Assembly (NCBI RefSeq): GCF_001194135.2
Contig: NC_068981.1
Location: 101,887,449 to 101,951,448, forward strand
Reading direction: 5' to 3'
DNA from: Octopus bimaculoides
Taxonomy: Eukaryota
DNA: 64,000 bases
The notes under the pieces were generated by a model. That model was given only the letters and a program-made list of their open reading frames with translations. It did no database searches and was not told the DNA's origin. Shown here piece after piece: positions 37,871 to 51,080 of this stretch. How positions within the stretch are numbered: the first letter of the stretch is position 1; the number at the start of each line of letters is the position of its first letter. The position numbers were made by a program, and so were the translations under genes.

Positions 37871-38987
37871 AATCCACTGCCTCCTATGATAATCAGTGTA
37901 ATGATGCTTTCAATGATGCTGTTCTTGCTATTATCATCTTATAATATATTACATATAGCTGTCATTAAATAATTAGACAGGTAGAATCAGAAGAGCATTA
38001 TTCAAAATATGTTGCTATGTTTGGTTGAATTCTTTTACAATCTGAGTTCAAACTCACAAAAATCAAGTTTTACTTTAACTTTTCTGTGGTTCATAAAATA
38101 AGAAGCAGTCAAGTACTGTTGTCGACTATGCAACAGACTGTCGCATTGCTTACCAGTACTCCAAATATTGTAATGTCTTGCCTTAAATACAAATCCTCAC
38201 CATTATTATTATTATTATTGCTTTGTTGGCATTATTATGGTCTTATTGTTGTTGTCTCATTTTCAACTAGATATTTTCATAGTCAATTGCTTGTGTGAAT
38301 CTGTAGTACCAAAAGCTAAAGTTTTCATAACAAACCGAATCAATAGCAATCAATAACAAATCTTTTTGCATTTAAACCCGAACTTCCAATGGTGATGACA
38401 ATGGCAAGTGATGATGATGATGATGATGCTAATGATGATAATTACAAATACACACACATGCACACACAAAGAAAATACCCCCAAATACAAGGACAAGGAA
38501 CAAAAACAATAATAGTGATAATGAGATTTGTTTAGTTTTTCATCAATAAAAGAATATATATATTAAATCTACTCTGAAGTCTCAGCATTCTTTTAAATTA
38601 TTTACCTTCAATTATTGTTTGCTTTAAGGGTTAATGAGTATTTGTTTAACTCTTAATTCATAGCTAGTTTCCACTGCTACCACTGCTACTACTACTACTA
38701 CTATGTTCTATTTGTGGAGAGGTGTTAAGCAATGTTTTTTGCTTTTTCTTTTTAGATTTTGTTTTTCTGTTTGACTAACAAATCTAATTGATTGTTTATT
38801 AACTGAAAAATCTTCTTATTGTTCCTTCAGAAAAAACAAAAACCCCAAAAGAACCAAGAAAGTTTTCTTAGCTATTGTTTGTTCACAGCAGCAGTTCATA
38901 TCATTACACCAGTACAGATTGCACTGACAAGCATTTCCTCTCTCTTCTCTTAACATTATCTATATACATACATACATACACACACAC

Positions 38988-39055
<68 letters not shown>

Positions 39056-39199
39056 TAAAACAAAACAGGAGTTAGTTCAGTTCACAATATATTTAGTTAC
39101 ATCATCTTACATGCATTTCATTAACAATGAATATTAGCAGCTATATCAAGAAAGCCTTATAAGTAGACAAGTAATTTTTATTTGCCTGTCGTGGTACTT

Positions 39200-39495
39200 A
39201 AATGACACTGAGATGTAAGGGGACAATGTTTTTGAGATTCTGGTTCGAATGACATGAGTGTTTTTGTTTCACTTTTGACATGTAATACTTAAATAGTGGA
39301 GGAGATATGATGTTTCTGTGGGTTGGAAATATGCAAGAAGTTAAAATTTCTTTTTGACTAAAACACAACCGGGAGCCTAAGTAAGGCATGTGTAAAATTT
39401 GAATGAAATTGGTTGTGTAGTTCTGGAGTTTTAGGGATTCACACAGATACACACACACACAGACATTCTCAATTTTATATATATATATAGATTAC
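39200..39495 (+). mobile_element. Helitron/Helentron-associated non-autonomous element (HINE/DINE-like), tentative
   Basis: Terminal structure aaatttgaatgaaattggttgtgtagttctggag...cacagatacacacacacagacattctc..ttttatatatataga resembles this class. Confidence 0.45.
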
Positions 39496-39709
39496 ATTAA
39501 ACGTGCACACAATTTGCTTGTGAGCCTTTCAGAGTCAATCAAATAAGAATTGGATTGAAGTAAAGGGGATTGATGCAATTGACTAAAACTCTTGAAGGTG
39601 GTGTTCTAGCTTAGCTTTATTCCCCATTACTGAAACTTAGAAAATATTACACACTTAAAACAAATTAAAGGCTTTCAAGTGCCACACAAAGTATCATTTG
39701 TCTCTGAGA

Positions 39710-40645
39710 TTTAGCATTCAAATATGAAGGCATGGATGACAGTGCCTTTCAGGAGTGGTTTATAAACATTTTATTATCCTGTTGTAGAAAGCTACAGTAC
39801 CAAAAACATTTCTAATAAAGCATTGCTTCTTTTTGACAATGTATTAAGTCACCCAGTGAACTTAAATGTGCTTTCTAATAATATAGGAGTAAAATGTATC
39901 CCCAACCAGTGGATCAAGGTGTGATAGCTAATTTCAAGGCATTATCCGAGAGGATCTTTTAAACAGCTTATGAAAGCAACAGACAAGGAGGATAACCCTA
40001 CAGTTAGAGACTTCTGGAAGAAGTTCAACATAATGGAATCTGTGGAAAACAGCTGGAATAAAGTGAAACTCTCAATTTTGGATGATGCTTGAAAAAAACG
40101 TATGACCAGATTGCATCCAAGACTTGAGAAATTTTCCACAAGCGGGAAATTTTCATCAGTCAGTAAGATATTCTGACACTTGCAAATCATGTAGTATTTT
40201 GTAGAGGATGATATGGTTATGTTGGTAGTGCCCCCAAGAGAAAGGCTATCAACGAGGGGCTGATGCTGTTAGAACAAGAGCAAGCTGAGAATACTGATGA
40301 GAATACAGTAATTCCACCAACTTTCCTTAAACTGATGGCAGCAAATATTGCTAAAGGTCTGGCATTTATTGAGGAAGATTTGCAAGTTTCTACTGACAAA
40401 CCTAATTATGAATGAAACATGAAAATTACAAGAGGAGTTTACAATGAGCTCAGTTCCTACACTGAATGGTACATAGAGATGATGCACCATAAATCTCGAA
40501 CAATATCAGATAAGTTCTTTGTTTTTCAAATAGATGTTGATGAGCAGCTATAAGATGACAGTGTCCCTTAAATACCCAATAACTTTCATTTCATCATCAC
40601 CTGTCACACAGTAGTCGACATCATTTGTCATCAGAGCCTACTGTA
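39710..40645 (+). mobile_element. Tigger/pogo DDE_1 transposase remnant
   Basis: Frameshifted HSNMKAWMT...F..WF...KALLLFDNVLSHP...QPVDQGVIANFKA...VRDFWKKFNI...SWNKVK. Confidence 0.85.
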
Positions 40646-40918
40646 CTAGGATGTTACATTTATTTATTTCCTGACATATTTCTTTTCAAAATGTTTTTTT
40701 CATTATAAATATTCTAACTATGTATGCTTAGAAATTGCTATTTTCATGCAGAAAAGTGATTGCACTACTTGTTCCTCTATTTTTTTTCTGTTTTCTTTTT
40801 TTAAAATATCTGTTGGAATGCAGATATTACAAAATGAAAATCAATAAGGAAATATATTTCACATCACAGAAAATTTTACAGGAATGCATTACTCTCATAA
40901 CATGAGGGGATTCCTGAA

Positions 40919-40956
<38 letters not shown>

Positions 40957-40976
40957 CGTGCGTGTGTGTATGTATG

Positions 40977-41023
<47 letters not shown>

Positions 41024-41527
41024 NNNNNNNNNNNNNNNNNNNNNNNNNNNNNNNNNNNNNNNNNNNNNNNNNNNNNNNNNNNNNNNNNNNNNNNNNNNNN
41101 NNNNNNNNNNNNNNNNNNNNNNNNNNNNNNNNNNNNNNNNNNNNNNNNNNNNNNNNNNNNNNNNNNNNNNNNNNNNNNNNNNNNNNNNNNNNNNNNNNNN
41201 NNNNNNNNNNNNNNNNNNNNNNNNNNNNNNNNNNNNNNNNNNNNNNNNNNNNNNNNNNNNNNNNNNNNNNNNNNNNNNNNNNNNNNNNNNNNNNNNNNNN
41301 NNNNNNNNNNNNNNNNNNNNNNNNNNNNNNNNNNNNNNNNNNNNNNNNNNNNNNNNNNNNNNNNNNNNNNNNNNNNNNNNNNNNNNNNNNNNNNNNNNNN
41401 NNNNNNNNNNNNNNNNNNNNNNNNNNNNNNNNNNNNNNNNNNNNNNNNNNNNNNNNNNNNNNNNNNNNNNNNNNNNNNNNNNNNNNNATATACACATACT
41501 TTACTTAATTCAAATTTACACTTTCAG

Positions 41528-41654
41528 AGTGGTTGACATTAAGAAGGGCATCCAGCTGTAGAAACTCTGCCAAATCAGATTGGAGCCTGGTGTAACCATC
41601 TGGTTCACCAGTCCTCAGTCATGGAAAGTGGACATTAAACAATGATGATGATGA

Positions 41655-41658
<4 letters not shown>
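41528..41658 (+). mobile_element. RTE-associated repeat family C, 3' end. Further diverged copies at 27655-27810(-), 45355-45650(-), 62825-63120(-)
   Basis: aagggcatccagctgtagaaactctgccaaatcagattggagcctgg...gatgatgat. Confidence 0.8.
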
Positions 41659-41697
<39 letters not shown>

Positions 41698-41841
41698 CAT
41701 GCACACACATATATGAATGTTTGTCTGTGTGTATTAAAGAACTCAAACCAATAACAGGAGAGTAAATAAGCGATTTTCTGTTCTTTTTAAATGTGGAACG
41801 TTACATATATAGTTTTACCACACTTAACCAAAGCTCATGTA

Positions 41842-41885
41842 GGCACTGATGAATTCTGGTGAGGAATGAAACAAACTATACATTT
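41842..41885 (+). ncRNA. Solitary degenerate hammerhead-like motif
   Basis: ctgatga (41846-52), attc/gaat stem II, gaaa (41868-71). Stems I and III do not close properly. Confidence 0.3.
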
Positions 41886-41961
41886 GAAGTATTCGACATT
41901 AAAAAGAAAACTGTCCATACATGTGTGTGTGTGTGTCTATCTATATTATGCATGAAATATA

Positions 41962-42345
41962 TACTCTTTTACTTGTTTCAGTCATTTGACTGCAGCGATG
42001 CTAGAGCACCACCATTAGTCGAGCAAAGCGACCCCAGGACTTATTCTTTGTAAGCCTAGTACTTATTCTATCGGTCTCTTTTGCCGAACCGCCAAGTTAT
42101 GGGAATGTAAACACACCGGCATTGATTGTCAAGCGATGTTGGGGGGACAAACACAGACACACACATATATACATATATACAATGGGCTTCTTTCAGTTTC
42201 CGTCTACCAAATCCACTCACAAGGCTTTGGTCAGCCCAAGGCTATAGTAGAAGACACTTGCCCAAGGTGCCACGCAGTGGGATTGAACCCTGAACCATGT
42301 GGTTGGCAAGCAAGCTACTTACCACACAGCCACTCCTGCGCCTAT
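41962..42345 (-). mobile_element. SINE family A, complete young copy (used as local reference)
   Basis: The minus strand starts ataggcgcaggagtggctgtgtggtaagtagc (A box) ... gggttcaatccc (B box), with a TA linker and 3' end gactgaaacaagtaaaagagta. Confidence 0.92.
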
Positions 42346-42419
42346 GCATATATATTTAATTTGCATTTTATAGATTTATCTATATCTGCCTAGTTAGTTA
42401 TCTATCTATCTATCTATAC

Positions 42420-42508
<89 letters not shown>

Positions 42509-45500
42509 TAGCTGGTAGGCATGTAATTTAATGTAATTTACAAGTGAACAGTGGTACTTTTGATGTTAGTGATGATATTGGAATTTGTGGTTATTACAAT
42601 GATGATGATGTCAAGTAGTCTAAACAGTGATAGCTGTGGGAGTGGTGTGGGAATGACGATAGTTGTACTTTCAACCTAATCCTTCAAATACATTTGTAGT
42701 ATGACAGCATGTATGTACATAACCTCTTGCTAACCAGATTTGGTGCCAGCATGACATGGAAACATATCAAAATTCAAATAATAGATTGGAATACTTCAAA
42801 GACATATTTAATATCAATTTGGGAGTTAAAAAGAAGGATAAATCGAATATAATGCAAGTATATTTTCTTCTTTGGTGATTAAGATATTTTTGAAACTGTC
42901 AAAAAAATCATAACCTGGAAGGAAATAGATAAAAAAACCAAAAAAAAAAAAAAAAAAAAAAAAAAAAGAAATTGATAGAAAGAAAGAAAAAAAGAGAAAA
43001 AAATTGAAGAGAAATATATAAGAAAACCATGAGATTAGATAGACATAAATAGAAATGAAGAAAAAAGAACAAATGAAAAGAAAGGGAAAAATGAGACAAA
43101 AGCAAAGGCAAAAATAATCAGCTTGAAAGAAAGTAATAAAAAATACAATATTTTGCTATGTAAGGTACCTATAATCTGTGCGTGAGAGTATACACACTTG
43201 TATTGTGTGTAATTGCATTTGTGAAAGGGTCATGCATCGCATTTGAGCAAGAGTTTTCAGAATAAATTCTTCAGATTTTCTCTGTAAACCGAAAAACAAA
43301 AGACAAAGATAAAGAAAAAAGAATAAGAATAAATAGATAAAACCCCAAATAAACAGTAACACCAAAAAAACATTAGGAAAACGGATTGGAGGGAAAGAGA
43401 CAAAGAAAATAGTAAGAACAGCTAATAAAGAGTTTTAATTGCTCCTTGAGTAGTATCGGCTTAGCACTTCAAAACATATAAAGTCTTGTCAATAAGTTGC
43501 CGAAGAAAATAAAGTGTGAGGATAGGTTTGTCAATAAGTTGCAGAATATAAGGAAGGAAGGAGCTAAAAGGAAAAATACATTATTTAGAAATTGTAAATT
43601 GTTACCAGTTCATTTATGTGCAAGTATTTATTGATTTCATCATCACCTTGAAATATCCTTAAGTGGACTAGCTGCTTTTAGTCATTCATGAATTGCCATA
43701 AGATGAAATACAATTATGTATGGTAAAGCTGATATTATTAAACTGACCAGCTGACCAACAGAGTGTTTTTCATCCTTTACATGCATGCACTGATGACCAC
43801 TACATCAAACTGTTATTGATTTCTTAAACTGCTACAAGGCTACAGTGTAATGGAAAGTACCACCATCTGTTACATAAGAGACTGGAGTTCGATTCCCCAT
43901 TAAAAAGGCATGTGTTATTTTGGTGGATGAAAGAATGATTGAAATATTCAGTTGGCAGTTATGAAGCCCCACTGGTTTGATTTCACCATGTGGCATCTTA
44001 GGCAAGTGTTTTTACTCTTAGCCTCTGCTTGAACACAATCCTTGTGAGTGAAATTATGTAGGTGGAAACTGTGTTCACTGAATGGTTTGTGGCTGTAATT
44101 CAAAGGATCAGCCTTGTTGCACAACACATCTCTCTGATTCTCCCTGAAAACTACAATAACAGAATCTGAGTATCTGTGGAGGATTCAACCACTTACATGC
44201 TAATTCAATGAGTAGGTCACTCGATTGAATGACTGAATACTCATCACTGAAACTGATAGATTCATTAACACAAGACTATACATTTCTAAAGGAAACAAAG
44301 GATCGATTAAATTGGTTCCACTATATAAGTGACACATATTATTGTTGATGTTATTTAGCCCCAGGTTATTTCAGATCCAGCAGATCCATGCCAAAAGTGC
44401 CCAAACCATGAACACTCATCTTTACAGACATAAAACAACTACATAATCTAATATATCCCATATTGTTTTTAAAGATAGAAACTACATAGTGCCTCCTGTG
44501 TTGACTTTATCAATACTTTTATAATTCCTTTAGTAGTAAAAGACTAAGTACACTTGTTTGGATTTGAACTTAGAAAGATAGAACTACATCTTGCTTGTAT
44601 TCAAACTCATTCACATATTAACAGTATTGTGAGAGATTCCAATTGACACAGGAAATGAAAAGGGATGGTGCTTGTGGCTTTAGCTCCCAACCACACTGAA
44701 TTGAAGATCGCCAGCTTCTCGAATGTGGCCATATCCTTCATGTCCAGGGTTATGAAGAACTAGAGGCTTCTGGTGGAATGGTTCAATTATAGCCAAGAGA
44801 AAGAAACCTACTCAACAGTAAGATGCCATCAAAATGGCTGAATTTGTCCAGTAGATACAGGACAGCATTAACAACAAACTCACAGGGTCAATGAGATTCA
44901 ATTCCCAAGTTACGAAGGGGAAAACCTCTAAAACTGATGGTTGGAAGGGAGGAAATTATCCTCAAATCATATACCCGGTTCCTATGTTTGTTGCTGAGTG
45001 AGTTCTCCAAAAGGTAGTCAAGGACGAGGGAAGGAATTAAGACTACCACCCAAGAACTCAGATGGCAAAAAGATGGAGCAAAGGTATCTCATCTGACACG
45101 CTAACAATTCTGCAAATCCTCCACCTTGGACTGGTACTATATTGTTACTGCCCTTGAAAGGACAGAAGATAAAGCTGACCTCTGTAAGTGTTGAATTGTG
45201 AGTGCAGTAAGCTGGAACAAATACCACAAAGCATTATCTCTTTCACACTAAAACCTCTGCCACTTCATCACCTGTTAAGGACATTTTGTTGCATTCTGTT
45301 TCATCTCATCATCATTGTTGTTACTATTGTTGTTGTTACCAACCACCATCACCGCCATCATGTTTGTCATTGTCATCTATTTAAATCTGTTTTCCCATGA
45401 TGGACTAGGTTGGTTGGGTCTCATAGTATCTCACTACTCATTCCAGTCCATTGTCATCTAAAATACACATAGTGATAAAGAAAACCCATCCATCTTTGCT

Positions 45501-47373
45501 GTGTGCATTCTTTCCATCCTATTTGGTGCAGTTTTTATAGCTGGATACTCTTCACACTTAAATGACTAGCAGTGTGAAGGGTATCCAGCTGTGAATATTT
45601 ATCATGCCACCAGCACAAGAGAGGTCATCCCCAACAAAACTAAAGAGTCTCCTTTTCCCTAACACCTCTATCCATTCTTTCTTTTCCTGCTTTTATTCTT
45701 TTATATGTTTTAGCCAAAAGACTGGTCGTGCTGGAGCACTGCCAATTGCTTTCTTTGCACTTTTATTAAAGCCAGATGCAATTCCCTTCAGCCACCAACT
45801 TAGCATGAAGCATATGCATTTAATCCTGCCTCTGGCACTAGAAAGTTTATTACTTCCTTTCTTTGACTTGAGTGTTACAGTTAACTGCCCTTCTTATCCC
45901 CAAGTAGTGTTATACAGTCAGTACCATACCAATGCAGCCATCACACTATGGCTTCATATCTTAAGCAACTAATGTATAATAATTTCTCCATGTAATAATG
46001 ATCCAGTTGTTTGAAATACTTCAAAAAAATTACGAGAAAAACACTTGGTTTCTAATGTTGTTCCAGGATAAGCTGTAGTAAATCCGATTTGATTTTTAGT
46101 AAAGAGGTTTTTTTTTATGGAATAATCCAATCCCAGACTCAGAAAAGCATACAAAGAAATAGAGATTCAAAGCCAGGGAAGCCAAACAGAATACAAATAT
46201 AATACGTGCTTTACCAATCTATTTACACATACGTACAAAGATGTATGTATGAGTGTGAGAATGTGTGTGTGTTTGTGTATAGTCTTAAAATACAAGAAAC
46301 TTGAAAATATTCTTCCAAATTGCACTAGATATTTTTTTTCATTTACTTTCCAAAAATCAATGTGAAGGAATCATTGAAAACAACTTAAGTATATCTTATA
46401 TCTGGAGGTTAAAGTAATATAGATCTTAGGCTGAGAATCTACTCTGTATGATAATAACTGGCTTAAATAAGGATTTCGTGTTTGCTTAGTTTGGACAACT
46501 TGTAATTATATATGGAGAAAGGGAACAGGTGAGAGATTACTTAGAAGAAATCGGAACCATCATTTAAGCACAATCTCCAAGCTGTCAGAATTCCACTNNN
46601 NNNNNNNCTAAACAAAAACTGCAATGAAACATGAGAACAAGCTGTGGAGATATACAGATAAGAATTTCAACCTGCCCAATACAATCCTAGTTCTATGATA
46701 CAAAACTGCCCTCTTTTAGTTGTTCACATTTATATTTAAAACCTGTCATAAATTTGTATAAGAATTAAATTAAGATAGGTCCCAAGAAATTATTTTACTG
46801 TTTTATTACCGAATACTTTAAAATCTTTGATTATTTTCCAAAATAATTGGAAGTTACAGGCAGTATAATTCATAAGTATGATCACAAGATAGTTAAAGAA
46901 TGGTGTTTTCAGTTTGAAGTCTTCAGAGCAGCAGAAAGATATTTTGTTTTGTTTCTAATAGCTACATGGTCACCAAATCCAAATCTCAGTCTTAAAAAAA
47001 AGGTAGGGGGTGGGGAAGGATACAACTGGATAATGTAGTTCTAGACACGGTTCAGTGCAAAGGATAGGTGTCTTTCATAAGACTACAGTTAGGACACACC
47101 TGAGACTAAACTACCTCAGCACTGTGTTAAGTGAGCAAGGTTTTACATTAGTGGATCTTAACCTGAGTGGGAATATCCTGTTAGGAGTGATGTGAGCTTA
47201 CAAAAGGGCATTATGGAGGTGGTGATGGGCATATGTGGTTTAGCAGGGTTGCTATTTTTCTTAGAAATAATATACAGTGTATATATATATATATATATAT
47301 ATATATGTAAATATATAAAAATAAAAAGATAAAGAGAGCAATGGTATGGTTGGAGAAGTATTTTATGGATAGA

Positions 47374-47422
47374 GTCTTACAGCTGTTTCTGGGAAGATCC
47401 AGTACTTCCCTTCATCGGAGAG
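47374..47422 (-). ncRNA. Minimal type I hammerhead ribozyme, left-arm copy
   Basis: The minus strand reads ctct ccgatga a gggaag tactggat cttccc a gaaa cagctg ta agac. Stem I is reduced to 3 bp. Confidence 0.55.
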
Positions 47423-47653
47423 AGAAAAAATAAAGGAGTCCATTATTATATCCATAGGCGGATATTTTTAGTATGAAGTGGTAAAGAGTGTGATGCGCTG
47501 AAAAAAAGAGAGAACAGTACTTGAAGTGTAGTTTCATTCCAGTACTGTTCTTCAAGTACTGTTCTCTCTTTTTTTCAGCGCATCACACTCTTTACCACTT
47601 CATACTAAACATATCTGCCTATGGATATAATAATGGATTCCTTTATTTTTTCT

Positions 47654-47702
47654 GTCTCCGATGAAGGGAAGTACTGGATCTTCCCAGAAACAGCTGTAAG
47701 AC
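47654..47702 (+). ncRNA. Minimal type I hammerhead ribozyme, right-arm copy
   Basis: Stem I gtct/agac, core ccgatga (U4C variant), stem II gggaag/cttccc, gaaa, palindromic stem III cagctg, cleavage triplet GUA ending at 47698. Confidence 0.7.
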
Positions 47703-48421
47703 TATCCATAAAATACTTCTCCAACCTTACCATTGCTCTCTTTATCTTTTTATTTTTATATATTTACATATACACATGCTAATACACGACTTATAATCCC
47801 CAATCCTGTTCATACAACGACTGGGGCAAACAAGTCGGTATACAGCACTTACTCGGTATTACCTGTATCCTCTTGGGTTTGGTTAAATCCAATNNNNNNN
47901 NNNNNNNNNNNNNNNNNNNNNNNNNNNNNNNNNTATATATATATATATGTAGGGAGAATTCATGAAAAAACAACAGACGAAGACAGGTGGTGTAGACAAC
48001 AAATGAATGTATTAGTATAACGCTCGAGAATAGAGAAAGTCTTTAACGTCTTGAGCCTACAGAAAGTATCACAGAAAGAAACAAGGAGAGAACAAAATGT
48101 GTGTAGTGGTCAGCGATCTTTCATGGCGAATATATATATATATGTATATATTGTTGCTATAATGTTAAACTGTCGTATGTTCAAATTTGGCCAAATGCAT
48201 TTTTTTTCAATATTTATTTTTGCTTGCAATAGCTGGTTCTTTTAGTCAAACCCTCGTATCTCCAGCTGCTTCAGATGGCAAGATATCAAAAATTGCCAAA
48301 GTGTAGTACAGTGGTTTTGCTAAGGTATGGTGAAACTATTTTTTCATTTTCTGAAAAAGCAACATTTTGGACTTTGACACTTTTGCATAATAGCAACTGT
48401 GCATGTGTGTGTGTATATAGT

Positions 48422-48660
48422 GGAGGTATGTGGCTTAGTGGTTAGGGTGTTTGACTCATGATCATAAGACTGATTTCCCTTCTGGATCGGGTGCCGCATT
48501 GTGTTCTTGAGCAAAATACTTTCATGTTGCTCCAGTCCACTCAGCTGGCAAAAATGAGTAATCCTGTAATGGACTGGTGTCCCGTCCAGGTGGGGAATAT
48601 ATATGCCATCGAAACTGACCCTCATGAGCCTAGCATGACTCAAGAGGGAAACATTTATTT
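48422..48660 (+). mobile_element. SINE family D, near full length. Another copy with an insertion at ~60248-60710
   Basis: tggcttagtggttagg head, gtgttcttgagcaaaatac, ccagtccactcagctggcaaaaatgagt, gatggactgg.gtcccgtccag tail. Confidence 0.75.
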
Positions 48661-48817
48661 CAAATATATATATATACCCATATAAAATAAAAAATAAAAT
48701 AAAGTAAACACATTTTCAAAAAGAAACTTTGTCTGGGTTAAAATGTGCACAGGACACTATGATATCAGTAAGTGTCCACCTGTCCACCTCAATCCCTCTG
48801 TATGTGTATGTGAGTAC

Positions 48818-48860
<43 letters not shown>

Positions 48861-49868
48861 TACATATATGTGTGTGCTTAGTGGCATTTTATGTCTTTAT
48901 GTTCTCAGTTGAAATCCTATGAAGGCCATATTTGCCTTTCATCTTTTTAAGTTTGATAAAATAAGCACCAGTTGAGTACTGAAGTCAATGCAATTGAGTA
49001 TCTCCTACCCACAAAATTTCAAGCCTAGTGCTTTTAATAGAAAGGAGTTCAAGTTCTGCTCAGCTTGACTTGGCCTTTCATCCTTTCAGGGTTGATAAAA
49101 TAAGTATTAATTGAACATTGGGTTGATGTAATCAACTATATCCCTTCCCCATGATAGCTGGCCTTGAGCCAAAGTTTGAAACCATTATAATTATAATTAT
49201 TATCATTATTATTATTTTCTTCCTCTCTTTCACTGACTATTTCTCTTTCTAACTTCCTTTATGTTTTTCTCTTTGTTCTGATGAAGGACTAATATCGGAA
49301 ATTTTTGGATACATTTCCCAATAAAATGCATTGCTAATATCAAATTTATCAAACCGTGTTCCTCCTGTGTTGCTTTTTAAAAAAATAATTCATTATTTTT
49401 ACATTGTATTTTAAGTGTTCAAGAAAATACGAAACTGGTTATTTCTCCAAAAACAATGTTTCTATACTCAAAATTTTATAACATTTTTCTAACATAATGA
49501 TTTAAATATATACTTTAAACCATATAACAAAAGCCATCTCTAGTTTTTTCACTCTTGTTTATCGTTTATACATCCAACCACGTGCTTTCACATACCAACT
49601 TCCTCACACCTATATATATNNNNNNNNNNNNNNNNNNNNNNNNNNNNNNNNNNNNNNNNNNNNNNNNNNNNNNNNNNNNNNNNNNNNNNNNNNNNNNNNN
49701 NNNNNNNNNNNNNNNNNNNNNNNNNNNNNNNNNNNNNNNNNNNNNNNNNNNNNNNNNNNNNNNNNNNNNNNNNNNNNNNNNNNNNNNNNNNNNNNNNNNN
49801 NNNNNNNNNNNNNNNNNNNNNNNNNNNNNNNNNNNNNNNNNNNNNNNNNNNNNNNNNNNNNNNNNNNN

Positions 49869-49907
<39 letters not shown>

Positions 49908-51045
49908 TTGCCTATCTATATCTGGCTGTTTGGTCTGCTTGTGTGTGGGAATCTATTCACCATTTAATATATAGTAGTTCTACCTATCAATTTCTCTCTC
50001 ACACTTCCCTCCCTCCATCTATCTCTATACATCTGCCATTCAATCTTCATTTAAACTCACTGTCTCTATCTAAACTGAGTCTCCTCCCACCCCTCTCTCT
50101 CTCTCTCTTATTTACCAATACTTTACTGCATTTTCAGAACATTTCCACTCTGTCACACTACATAACTACTTGACTTGTGTCCAAAGAACTAAAAGACTTT
50201 ATTTGACCCAAAAATAAAAATCCTCGCTCTCTCTTCCACCACCACTAACTCCAAATCTTTCTCATTGTTTTCTCCAGTTTTTCTTTTAATTTAACACATG
50301 CAGAATTGTTCTTTTATGCACCACCACCACCACCGCCACTACCACTGTTATTATCATTATTATTATTATTATTATAATTTAGTTCTTAGTGCAACTTTTC
50401 TTCTGCCACTTTTTCATCATCTTTCTCCAGTTTATTTTGACATTTCTTTGTTTTTCCTCATCTACCTCAGTCTTCTTATTTTCCTTCTCTTTCTCCTCTT
50501 CTACCTGGTTTCCCCTCTTGCTTTGTTCCTCTCCACTTCAAGGTTTACCTTTTATGAACTCCTTTATTTCTGTCTGTCTGTCTCTTCTGTAGTCTCTTGT
50601 TACCAATGTAATCATAAGAGGAGGCAGAGAGATTTTATGACAGAGAAGGAAAGTGACAGAAGAAGTTTAATATATTTATATACATACAAGCACACACACA
50701 CATATGTATAAACAGAGTGTGGCAGTATGAGAAAATTTTTTTACCAGTTGAGAGGGATAGAGACAAAAAAAAAAAGAGTAAAAATGACTTAGGAGAAGTG
50801 AGAGATTCACAGAGAAAGAGTGAAGGAGAGAATAAGGTAGGTAGGGAAGTGTGTGTGTGTGTGTGTGTGTAGAGCGGTTATGGCTTAGATAGGACATAAA
50901 GCAATATATTTTGCAAACAAATCAACTTGTTTGTTTCAATATGAAGGAGAAAAATGTTTTTATTAATGTGGGGGCTTCAGAGCCAATCAGAATAAGGAAA
51001 TAGAAATACAAAAGGTACACACGCACACACAATCATATATAGATG

Positions 51046-51080
<35 letters not shown>

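Larger units (their letters stand above)
47302..47770. mobile_element. Near-perfect palindrome (~225-bp arms, 23-nt spacer), Penelope pLTR/retrozyme-like
   Basis: 47302-47526 versus the reverse complement of 47550-47770: 5 substitutions and one 2-nt indel by manual alignment. Confidence 0.9.

Noticed and set aside
49274-49315. ctgatga-agga...tcg-gaaa
   Set aside because: The spacing is right, but stem II is broken and stems I and III cannot form. Too weak without a family consensus.
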